32,678 nucleotides of DNA from an uncultured Nitrososphaerota archaeon (GTDB lineage Archaea > Thermoproteota > EX4484-205 > JAAOZP01), in the NCBI GenBank assembly GCA_964416155.1, contig CAYQCW010000016.1, forward strand, positions 1 to 32,678, given 5' to 3'. Of the stretch, positions 8,974 through 17,006 are shown one piece after another. Under the pieces are notes generated by a model. That model saw only the letters and a program-made list of their open reading frames with translations. It made no database searches and had not been told where the DNA came from. Every line of letters starts with the position of its first letter. Positions within the stretch are counted from its first letter, which is position 1. A program made the position numbers and the translations under genes.

Positions 8974-10275
8974 TCAAAAACATTGCCAATGACCATTTAA
9001 AGCATTTTTCAATATCTTTATTGCACAGAGATCCGAACACATCGTGCATGTGTCAGACGACCTAGTCTTAACCCTTCCATGTATCTCGGAGGCTTTCTCA
9101 GGGTCTATAGAGTTTTCAAACTGTTTTTCCCAGTTCAAGCTAGCCCTTGCCTCGGACATTGCCAAATCCTTCGCCATGGCTTTCCGACCTAGCTTAACTA
9201 CGTCAACAGCGTGTGCAGCTATTTTAGTAGCTATCACACCCTCCTTAACTTCATCTATGTTTGGAAGCCCCAGGTGTTCCGAAGGTGTCAAGTAGCATAA
9301 GAAGTCAGCGCCCCCAAGCCCGGCTAATGCTCCACCTATTGCTCCAACGATATGGTCGTAGCCTGGTGCTATCTCGGTTACAACTGGACCTAATACATAG
9401 AAAGGTGCTCCCTTACAAACGGCTTTTTCAAGTTGAACGTTTGCAACGATATGGTTCAACGGCATATGTCCGGGTCCTTCGACCATTGCCTGAACGTTAG
9501 CTGCCCTCGCCCTTTCAACAAGCTCGCCTATAGTCAAAAGTTCTTGGACTTGAAACCAATCGGTTGAGTCGAATATGCAACCAGGCCTAAGGCCATCTCC
9601 TAGGCTCAAGGAGAAATCGTATTGTGCAGCCATTTCAAGAAGATAATCGTAATTTGCATACAGCGGATTTTCCTTGTTGTTATAAAGCATCCACGCCGCT
9701 AGGAATGTTCCACCACGGCTTACTATCCCCATCGTTCTCGGTTGCTTACCTAGCTTTTCAACTATCCTATGGGTTACTCCGCAATGAACAGTCATGAAAT
9801 CAACGCCGTCCTTAGCATGTTTTTCAATCATGTTAAAAACGTCATCTTCATCCATGTGAATCATTCCTCCTTTCTTCTTAGTCGTCTCTATCGCCGTCTG
9901 ATAAATCGGGACCGTTCCAACAGGTACGTTCACTTCTTTCAATATCTTCCTTCGCACTTCATCTAAGTCGCCGCCCGTGCTAAGATCCATGACTGTGTCC
10001 GCACCATACCTTATGGCGACCCTTGCCTTTTCAACCTCCATAACGATGTCGCAAAGGTCTATGCTAGTGCCAACGTTGGCGTTGACCTTAGTGCGCAATC
10101 CTTCGCCTATTCCTATGGGATGCACATTCTCCCTATTGGAGTTGCGCATTATTATTACCGTGCCTCTCGCTATCCTTTCACGTATTTTCTCTGGAGACTC
10201 TTCCTCATCAATAGCAATTATCTTCATCTCCTCTGTAAGCCGTCCTTCCTTCGCAGCCTTTGCCTGAGTATTCAA
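8974..10275 (-). CDS. thiC: Phosphomethylpyrimidine synthase ThiC
   Basis: KVNANVGTS, MDLSTGG, SRGG, LGDGLRPG, EGPGH, C-terminal CTMCSDLC Fe-S motif. Confidence 0.95.
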   Translation of the reverse strand: MNTQAKAAKEGRLTEEMKIIAIDEEESPEKIRERIARGTVIIMRNSNRENVHPIGIGEGLRTKVNANVGTSIDLCDIVMEVEKARVAIRYGADTVMDLSTGGDLDEVRRKILKEVNVPVGTVPIYQTAIETTKKKGGMIHMDEDDVFNMIEKHAKDGVDFMTVHCGVTHRIVEKLGKQPRTMGIVSRGGTFLAAWMLYNNKENPLYANYDYLLEMAAQYDFSLSLGDGLRPGCIFDSTDWFQVQELLTIGELVERARAANVQAMVEGPGHMPLNHIVANVQLEKAVCKGAPFYVLGPVVTEIAPGYDHIVGAIGGALAGLGGADFLCYLTPSEHLGLPNIDEVKEGVIATKIAAHAVDVVKLGRKAMAKDLAMSEARASLNWEKQFENSIDPEKASEIHGRVKTRSSDTCTMCSDLCAIKILKNALNGHWQCF

Positions 10276-10314
10276 GGCTCGAACCTTAAGGAGCCCTGTG
10301 GCTTTAACCTTTTC
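10276..10314 (-). promoter_or_regulatory. BRE/TATA-like element plus palindrome GGCTC-N10-GAGCC before thiC
   Basis: Minus strand GAAAAGGTTAAAG (10314-10302); inverted repeat 10276-10280 / 10291-10295 abutting the TTG start. Confidence 0.4.
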
Positions 10315-10334
10315 TAAAACGAATGGGTCATCGG

Positions 10335-12278
10335 CTACGGAAACCCAACTAGCATCAGGATTCTCAGGATAATGCCCCCTAAGACCAAAGCAAAAGCTAT
10401 TTCAAAAACAGTTATGAGAAGTGCTTTCTTCCAGCCGAACTCTATTGCTAGGGTTGCGATCGTAGCTACGCACGGAATGTAGAACATGCTGACGATCGTG
10501 AAAACCGTCATTTGAACCGGTGTTAATGCTTTAGACAGGTCGGTTGCTCCAAGGAGGGTGGTGAGCATTATGAGCGCAAGCTCCTTTCTTAAAACCCCGA
10601 ATAACAATGTTATGCCTGTTTCTACGGGGAGCCCGAGCCACGTTACCGTGACGGGGGCCAGCAGACCTGTGAAAACGCTCAGGATGCCAGTGGCCTCGAG
10701 AAGCTTAACCGTGAATGTTGACATGATTATCAGTGGGAAGGCGATTTTCAGGAACTCGAGGAGCCTGAACCATGTTTGGCTTAAAACAGTTTTAAGGTGC
10801 GGCAGCCTGTAGTCAGGCATCTCCATTATCAGCCCCGTGGGCTCGCCCGGCAGGATTCTGAATGCAAGCCTTCCCAGAAGGAGGACAACAAGCAGGTTGA
10901 ACGCGTAGAGCATCAGGGCCCACTGTATTCCTACGAATCTTCCAACTAGGCCGAGTATTATGATTGTTCTAGCGGCGCACGGCACCAGGCTTATGACGAA
11001 GGCTGCGATAAGCCTCTCCCTCTGGGTTTCCATTATTCTGCAGCCTATGCATGCTGGAACATTGCAGCCGTAGCCCAGAATCAGGGGTATGAAGGCCTTG
11101 CCGTGAAGCCCCATCTTGTGCATTATGCTGTCCATGAGGAAGGCTATCCGGCTGAGGTAGCCGGAGTCCTCCAGGAAGTATAATGCTAGGTAGAACGGGA
11201 TAACGTAGGGAAACGCTATCGTGGCTCCAGCTATTAGCCCTTCGACAACTCCTCCCCAGGCAAGCTGCCCGGGAAAACCTGTTCCGAAAAAACCTTCGAA
11301 AATCGGTTTTAAACCGTAGAGAAGACTGCTTAAAATCTCTGAGAAAACGTTTCCAACCGTGAAGACGAAGAAGAACATTGAGAGAAGCGTCGCGGCCATT
11401 ACAAGATATCCGGCGACCCTGTGCGTGGTTACGTTGTGAAGCTTCTCGCCTAGGGTTGGTTTCACCGGTGGGACGAGCTTCTGAACTTCTCTAGCTATGC
11501 AATTAGCAGCCTGGTAGCGTTCAGACGTTATTAGGGTTGGGCAGGAGTGGCCGTGGAGCCTTTCAAGCTCCTCTCCGAGGTTTCTTGCAAGAGCCGCTGC
11601 CTGGGGTTTCGATTTTTCAACCTCTTCCTGAATCTCCCTATCGCCCTCTAGGAGCTTTATCGCAATGTATCTCGCCGGATAAGGGAGGCCGCTCTCCCTA
11701 ACGGCTTCAGCAAGCTTCTCTATTCTCTCCTCAACCTCCTCCCCGTATTTCACCTGCCTTGGTTTCGCCTCAAGCTTCCCCTCGAATATTTCGACAGCTT
11801 TCTCCAAGAGTTTGAAGATACCTAATCCCTTTACCGCGATCGTTGGAACCACCGGTACACCAAGGATTTTCTCAAGCCTCTCAAAATCTATCTGAATGCC
11901 TTTCTTGCCCGCAACATCCACTTGATTTAAGGCAATGACTATGGGTGTTTCCAGCTCCATGAGCTGCAGGGTGAAGAACAGGTTTCTTTCAAGAACAGAC
12001 GCGTCGATAACGTTTATCACCACGTCAGGCTTCTCGACGGCGATGAACCTCCTCGAGATAGACTCCTCTACGGAGTAGGTTGAGAGCGAGTATATGCCGG
12101 GGAGGTCGACGACGTCTACATTGTATCCTTTAAAGTGAAGCGTCCCCTCAGCCTTTTCAACAGTCTTCCCAGGCCAGTTGCCAATATGCTGATGCAGCTT
12201 GGTTAAATAGTTGAATATTACTGATTTTCCGACGTTCGCATTCCCCGCGAGAGCAATAACCAGTCTCTTCCCGCTCAA
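10335..12278 (-). CDS. feoB: Ferrous iron transporter FeoB
   Basis: G1 GNANVGKS, GNWPGKTVE, DLPG, NQVD; gate motifs GYGCNVPA, PCAAR, YIPCVAT. Confidence 0.96.
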   Translation of the reverse strand: MSGKRLVIALAGNANVGKSVIFNYLTKLHQHIGNWPGKTVEKAEGTLHFKGYNVDVVDLPGIYSLSTYSVEESISRRFIAVEKPDVVINVIDASVLERNLFFTLQLMELETPIVIALNQVDVAGKKGIQIDFERLEKILGVPVVPTIAVKGLGIFKLLEKAVEIFEGKLEAKPRQVKYGEEVEERIEKLAEAVRESGLPYPARYIAIKLLEGDREIQEEVEKSKPQAAALARNLGEELERLHGHSCPTLITSERYQAANCIAREVQKLVPPVKPTLGEKLHNVTTHRVAGYLVMAATLLSMFFFVFTVGNVFSEILSSLLYGLKPIFEGFFGTGFPGQLAWGGVVEGLIAGATIAFPYVIPFYLALYFLEDSGYLSRIAFLMDSIMHKMGLHGKAFIPLILGYGCNVPACIGCRIMETQRERLIAAFVISLVPCAARTIIILGLVGRFVGIQWALMLYAFNLLVVLLLGRLAFRILPGEPTGLIMEMPDYRLPHLKTVLSQTWFRLLEFLKIAFPLIIMSTFTVKLLEATGILSVFTGLLAPVTVTWLGLPVETGITLLFGVLRKELALIMLTTLLGATDLSKALTPVQMTVFTIVSMFYIPCVATIATLAIEFGWKKALLITVFEIAFALVLGGIILRILMLVGFP

Positions 12279-12292
12279 ACCTGTTTCCCCAG

Positions 12293-12589
12293 CTATTTCT
12301 CCGCGCAGCCAGCCCGCGTCTCCTCCACCCGCACGAAGATTCTCTCAGCCATTCCCCTGCCGATGGCCAGCCTGTATCCTCTGACAAGAATCTCCATAGG
12401 ACCACGGAAGGGGGCTGACTTCACAACAGTGATCCTCGTACCCGGCGTTATACCCATGTCCATAAGCCTCTTCTTAAGCCCCCACGCCTTTCCGTATCCT
12501 GATTTGACTGAGACAACAATCCCTGTCTCCCCATCCCTCAGCATTGCTAAGGATACTTCACATCTCCCCGTGTCGGCGGTGCTGCTCAT
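12293..12589 (-). CDS. feoA: FeoA
   Basis: RLMDMGITPG...APFRGP...LAIGR SH3-like motif, directly upstream of feoB. Confidence 0.93.
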   Translation of the reverse strand: MSSTADTGRCEVSLAMLRDGETGIVVSVKSGYGKAWGLKKRLMDMGITPGTRITVVKSAPFRGPMEILVRGYRLAIGRGMAERIFVRVEETRAGCAEK

Positions 12590-13266
12590 AGCCCAGTCTC
12601 CCTCACGTGTATGAGTGAAGCTAGAGCACAGCTAAGCACGCGTCTCTTCTTGTCAACCTCAACTTCGAGCAGCTCATCCGGCCCAGGTTTTTCAACAACC
12701 CTCACCACGGCTCCTGGAACCAGCCCAAGCTTCCTGAAATAGATTAGGAGCTCAAGCTTCTCTTCAACCACTTTAATAATTATTCCCCACTCGCCTTTGG
12801 CGAGCTCCGGCAATGGCTGCGTGTCCTCCTCGAAAATCCTTCCCTGCTCGTTAGGTATAGGATTTCCATGCGGGCAGGTCTTAGGATAGTTCAATGCTTT
12901 CTCCAAGTGTTTAACTACCTCCTCTGTCAGGCTATGCTCCAGCCTGCATGCTGTCTCGTGAACCCTCTCCCAGTCCATTTTCAGAATATCGACTAAAAGC
13001 CTCTCTGACAATCGGTGTCTCCTGACGACTTGTAACGCTATTCTAAGGCCCTTCTCAGTAAGCCTTACACCCTTGTAGGAGACGTGTGTTACAAAGCCTT
13101 CTTCCTCAAGCCGCTCCACGGTATTCGTAACCGTCCCCGGGGCGACCTTAAGCGATTTAACGATGCTGCTCGTCCTGGCTACTCCTTCTCTCTCCTGAAG
13201 CCTATAGATGCATTCTAAATATTCCTCGACGGCTGGGGTTACCTCGCTGACTGTTTTTACGGACAA
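12586..13266 (-). CDS. DtxR/IdeR/MntR family metal-dependent regulator with C-terminal FeoA-like domain
   Basis: EEYLECIY, HTH, RRHRLSE, CRLEH, CPHGNPIP; 4-nt overlap with feoA. Confidence 0.93.
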   Translation of the reverse strand: MSVKTVSEVTPAVEEYLECIYRLQEREGVARTSSIVKSLKVAPGTVTNTVERLEEEGFVTHVSYKGVRLTEKGLRIALQVVRRHRLSERLLVDILKMDWERVHETACRLEHSLTEEVVKHLEKALNYPKTCPHGNPIPNEQGRIFEEDTQPLPELAKGEWGIIIKVVEEKLELLIYFRKLGLVPGAVVRVVEKPGPDELLEVEVDKKRRVLSCALASLIHVRETGL

Positions 13267-13593
13267 TCCAAATCTAAACTACGACTAATCGTATATTTTT
13301 AAACTTTATGATTCATGCAGACTCTTAAAAAGTGGGCCTAAATATCAACTAGGAATCCAGGAAAAAACACGTTAAACCCTAACGGAGCATAAACCGCAGC
13401 TACATGAAAAACATGTTTAGCGTTCGTATAATGATGAAACGAATTTAAAAATAAAAATTGGGAGTTTGTTGCTACATAAATCGCGGTAAAACTCTTGTGA
13501 ATAGAACGATTACTGAGGTGAGAAAGTATAGTACTCCAGTACCCGTGGCAAAGCCCACTGCGAAAGGCTGTAGCATCTCTCGAATGCTAAAGC

Positions 13594-13630
13594 TTTATAT
13601 AGTATTACTAAAGCATGCGAAAGTAATACT
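13594..13630 (+). promoter_or_regulatory. TATA box followed by a NikR-geometry operator
   Basis: TTTATATA 13594-13601; perfect inverted repeat AGTATTACT (13601-13609) / AGTAATACT (13622-13630), i.e. GTATTA-N16-TAATAC; RBS GGGGTGA 13631-13637. Confidence 0.7.
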
Positions 13631-13643
13631 GGGGTGATGCGAG

Positions 13644-14195
13644 ATGACGCACTTCACTGTCCGCGATATTGCTGCTATAGCGCTTTTCGCAGCACTATGG
13701 GGAATATTGAACGCTACTGTTGCGCCAGTAATATTCACCATGTTCGGCATACCTATTTTCTGCGACATGGTTGGCTTCGCCTCTCTGATTCTAGCCGTCT
13801 GGTGGATTAGGAAAATTGGGGTGGCAAGTGCAGTAGGCTTCGTGGCGACCATTATAAATTTCGTTTTAAGACCTGGTGGGACGCACTTCTTGGGCTTTAC
13901 GGCGGCCAGCGTTGTATTCGACGCTTTAACCGCGGTGTTCCGCTATGGAAACTGTTTCGGAAGGAGAATTGTCGGCGCGGCGCTTCTGCTGGTTGCTTCA
14001 ACAGCTTCAGCAGCGGTAGCGGGCTTCATAATAGGAGCGTTCTTCATGGCTGCTCCCCAACTAATCAAGTGGGGCGGGGTGCTCGGCTGGGTTCTGCTCC
14101 ACATGGCTGGCGGCGCAGTAGGATGGGTCATCGGTGTGGCACTGGTTTTAAGCCTTGAGGCTAGGGGCCTGCGTAAGCAGGGGATGAGCATCTAG
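13644..14195 (+). CDS. Putative ECF transporter S component (YkoE/MptD-like size and topology)
   Basis: 183 aa, about 6 hydrophobic helices, N-terminal FTVRDIAAIALFAAL (AxxxA) and RKIG loop. Confidence 0.65.
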   Translation: MTHFTVRDIAAIALFAALWGILNATVAPVIFTMFGIPIFCDMVGFASLILAVWWIRKIGVASAVGFVATIINFVLRPGGTHFLGFTAASVVFDALTAVFRYGNCFGRRIVGAALLLVASTASAAVAGFIIGAFFMAAPQLIKWGGVLGWVLLHMAGGAVGWVIGVALVLSLEARGLRKQGMSI

Positions 14196-14591
14196 ATGTT
14201 GACGAGTGTTCCACGAGATCTTTTAGAGAAGGCTGTCGGCCTCCACGGTCATCTCGGCCCGTTTCTAGTCCTAGGTTTGAAAATGGGTTTAAAAGCGTGG
14301 AACACGATAGGCAAGCCTGTTGCGTGCGAAGTCGCTCTCCGGGGGGAGAAGCCATACTTGTGCGCTGTCGACGGCTTGAAGACGGTTGTGGATGGAAGCA
14401 TTACTGTGAAGAACGGGGATGGCTTATCCGCCTGGTTCAGAAGCGCTAATGGGAGCCAGCTTGTACTACGGGTCAGGGCAAGCGTAGTTGGGCGGTACGC
14501 TAGGAAATACGTCGGCACCCCTTGGAAAGGGTGTGAGCAGGCCGCTTTCGAAGTCGCGGAGGCCAGTGACGAGGAGCTTTTCGAGACCTGA
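14196..14591 (+). CDS. FmdE-family metal-binding protein
   Basis: HGHLGPFLVLGLKMG and CAVDG motifs; C-terminal ..DEELF; ATG directly follows the upstream TAG. Confidence 0.85.
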   Translation: MLTSVPRDLLEKAVGLHGHLGPFLVLGLKMGLKAWNTIGKPVACEVALRGEKPYLCAVDGLKTVVDGSITVKNGDGLSAWFRSANGSQLVLRVRASVVGRYARKYVGTPWKGCEQAAFEVAEASDEELFET

Positions 14592-14618
14592 GCCAAAACA
14601 AAACCGTTTAGAATCGTT

Positions 14619-15629
14619 CTAAACGCTTAATATTAGAACAGCGTCCTCCGTGAGCGGTGCTGTGAAGACTTTTTTCCCACCGCCTTCAACCTTCTCCTCG
14701 CCAACCTTTTCCCACGTGACTGGGTTGAGCCATTCAGCCCTAAGGCTCCCCCTCGCCTCAGACAGGTCCACCCATATGGCTAAAGGGTATTCCCTCGGAA
14801 TGTAAACCACGCATTCCCCTCCCGGGCTCGCTAGGTAATAGCCTGTTTGCGAGAGCTCCGGGCGGGGGGTGAGCCCTACTAGATTCAGCCTTTCCGCAAG
14901 CATGCGCGTGCAGCCCATTGCCCTCCGGACAGGCTCCCACCTTGGGTCAACCCTCCCAGCGTCTTCCAGCCCTAGGCCTGTGAGCCCGCCCGCGGTGTAG
15001 CTGCTGTCATACGGGTCAATGAAGACAGGGTTATACCCTCTGGTGAAGGTTTTCCAAACCCAGGCTGAGTCGCCGCCTATTCCCCACAGGTGGTCCGTGT
15101 CCAGGAGAACAACCTTCCCGCCATCAGCCGGAGGCGGGTAATACCTGTAGCTGTAGCCGTCTCGAGCAGCAGAGTTTGGGGAAACCCATTCCGCCGGGCT
15201 TCTGAAAAGATCTTCATTATCGCCAGGTATCCCCAGAGCCCAGGGGACAGTCATTCCAACAGGGTGCTGCCTCCCCATGGTTTTCTCAAGCCTGTGGATG
15301 AAGCTAATCATGTGGTACTGCCACTCAACTGATTCACTACTGCTTTCATTCGATATCTCGTAAAGCACGTTATCCAGGTCGTTAACCATTTCAACGACTC
15401 TCCTGACGTAAGCCTCTTGCAACAAAGTTATCTCCGGAACCCTGAGCGTGTGGACCAAGCGTCCCTCCCCCAACCCATAAGGGTCTCCGTCAACACCGTT
15501 CACATTGTTATTTCCGTTGAAGGGGTGCTGGTTAAACGGGTTTATCTTCCTGCCCTTGCTTTCAACATCCCACCCTTGGAAAAGCATTATTGAAACATAG
15601 ATGCCGCGTCTCCCAGCTGCGATAACCTG
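14619..15629 (-). pseudogene. 5'-truncated glycoside-hydrolase-like protein (DUF4038/DUF6298-like TIM barrel + C-terminal beta-sandwich)
   Basis: Frame continues upstream of ATG 15587 as QVIAAGRRGIYVSIMLFQGW, then hits TGA at 15659-15657 with no further start. Retains NVLYEISNE (clan-A acid/base-like), DTDHLWG and WLNPVT motifs. Confidence 0.65.
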
Positions 15630-15742
15630 GGTGAAACCATTTCTTGCGGTAGGAGCTCAGTTGACATTTAAAAATTTAAGATCATGTTGACTGGTAACGG
15701 AGGCCAGGTTTAAACCCATGTCTGTAATAATGTTCCCCGTCA

Positions 15743-15760
15743 CGCCGGGCTTATGCGGCG
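15743..15760 (-). terminator. Short GC hairpin just after the ferredoxin stop codon
   Basis: CGCCG-N8-CGGCG; only a 5-bp stem. Confidence 0.2.
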
Positions 15761-15761
15761 A

Positions 15762-16019
15762 TCAGTATGAAACAGTTATGGCTTTCTGCGGACAGGCTTT
15801 AACGCATTTGCCGCAGTGGGTGCAGAGCGAGAGCCATACTGGCGTTATCTGCCAATACTGCGGATCGTAAGGATTATCCTCTTTCACGTTGAAAGCCATG
15901 TGCCGCACGAAGACTGCTGGGTCGCAGGCCTGCAGACACTTGCCGCACTGCCTAGGGTCTATTCCCCCAGTTGCGTTTCCGCATTTAGAATAGTCGATTA
16001 CTATCTTCGTCTTCCTCAC
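15762..16019 (-). CDS. Small 2x[4Fe-4S] ferredoxin
   Basis: CX11CX2CX3C and CX2CX2CX3CP motifs; RBS GGGTGA upstream. Confidence 0.88.
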   Translation of the reverse strand: MRKTKIVIDYSKCGNATGGIDPRQCGKCLQACDPAVFVRHMAFNVKEDNPYDPQYWQITPVWLSLCTHCGKCVKACPQKAITVSY

Positions 16020-16037
16020 GTCGGCTTCACCCCGAGG

Positions 16038-16907
16038 CTAATACTTGCCGCGTAGAACAGGGTTCTCATCCCTGGGCACCAGCCTTATCGCATCATGCTG
16101 ACACCTGTCCCTGCAGAGCCCGCATCCGAAGCACTTCGCCTGGTCTATCAGTACCCTTTTGAGAGTGGGGCTGTACCTTATTGCGCCGAACTGGCAGCTT
16201 GCAACGCACGTCTTGCAGCCCTGGCAAGAGTCAGGGTTTACTTCCGCGTAGTACTCCGCCTTGTAGACGGTATGGAGGCCGAAGTCCATTCTCAAACGTA
16301 GGCCGCCGCACTGCGGTGTCTCACACGAGCATATAGCGCATATGTAGGGCACGGGCTGGAACCAGACTGTGGCTACTCGCCCCTTCCTGTTCTGCTCCTC
16401 CAGAGCCGCTGCTGCCTCGTCGCGGCCTAAACGCACTTTAGTGTTCTCAGGGATGAACCTGGGTAGTTTCTCTATTACTGTCGAGAGGACGCCGAAGTTG
16501 ATGCAGCACACGTCTTTAACGCCCTTCTGCATCATGCGGCACATGCAGTAGTTCTGAATAATGGGTTCAGCGGCAAGGTTGAGCATTACGAGCTTCGCCT
16601 CCTCTATGGGTATTACTTGGCCGAAGTGCCCGTCTGCTCTAACGGGGTTCCTGTTCCTGCTTTCAGAGTGAATCATTCCCTCGACTGCCCGCCGGATCAC
16701 CCGGCCTATAATGGGCATTCTAAGCTTATAGCCCAACCCTATTGAGGAAATACCCATTATCTTCCTAATGTAGACCTGCTCGAAGTTTTTCCACTGCTCC
16801 TCCAAGTATGCTTGAAGATTCATGGATTCAGCCAGCTCGTAAGAATAGTTCCTAGCATTCAAATACCATTTTCCACCGGCACCATGCTTCATGCACCAGT
16901 CGCACAT
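16038..16907 (-). CDS. Multi-cluster Fe-S protein (N-terminal CxxCxxH, central Cys motifs, C-terminal 2x[4Fe-4S])
   Basis: MCDWCMKHG, CMCR, VCC, ICAICSC-x4-C, CQGCKTCVASC, CFGCGLCRDRC. Confidence 0.88.
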   Translation of the reverse strand: MCDWCMKHGAGGKWYLNARNYSYELAESMNLQAYLEEQWKNFEQVYIRKIMGISSIGLGYKLRMPIIGRVIRRAVEGMIHSESRNRNPVRADGHFGQVIPIEEAKLVMLNLAAEPIIQNYCMCRMMQKGVKDVCCINFGVLSTVIEKLPRFIPENTKVRLGRDEAAAALEEQNRKGRVATVWFQPVPYICAICSCETPQCGGLRLRMDFGLHTVYKAEYYAEVNPDSCQGCKTCVASCQFGAIRYSPTLKRVLIDQAKCFGCGLCRDRCQHDAIRLVPRDENPVLRGKY

Positions 16908-16914
16908 GGTTAAA

Positions 16915-17001
16915 CCCTGTTAAAACCATGCTGATTAATATTTAAGTTTTCTCAGCTCACGCTATTAATATTTAAATCGTTTGAGTTGTTTTGAAACAGG
17001 G
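16915..17001. promoter_or_regulatory. Divergent promoter with duplicated ATTAATATTTAA 12-mer
   Basis: Identical 12-mers at 16934-16945 and 16964-16975; CCCTGTT (16915-16921) / AACAGGG (16995-17001) inverted pair next to the two starts. Confidence 0.55.
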
Positions 17002-17006
17002 CCGTA

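Noticed and set aside
13431-13516. C/D-box sRNA (ATGATGA...CTGA); likewise ATGATGA at 23830
   Set aside because: Spacing too long, no internal D'/C' boxes, AT-rich context.
15743-15764. TGA plus hairpin as a selenocysteine read-through signal for the ferredoxin
   Set aside because: The ferredoxin domain is complete before the stop, and the hairpin lacks archaeal SECIS features.
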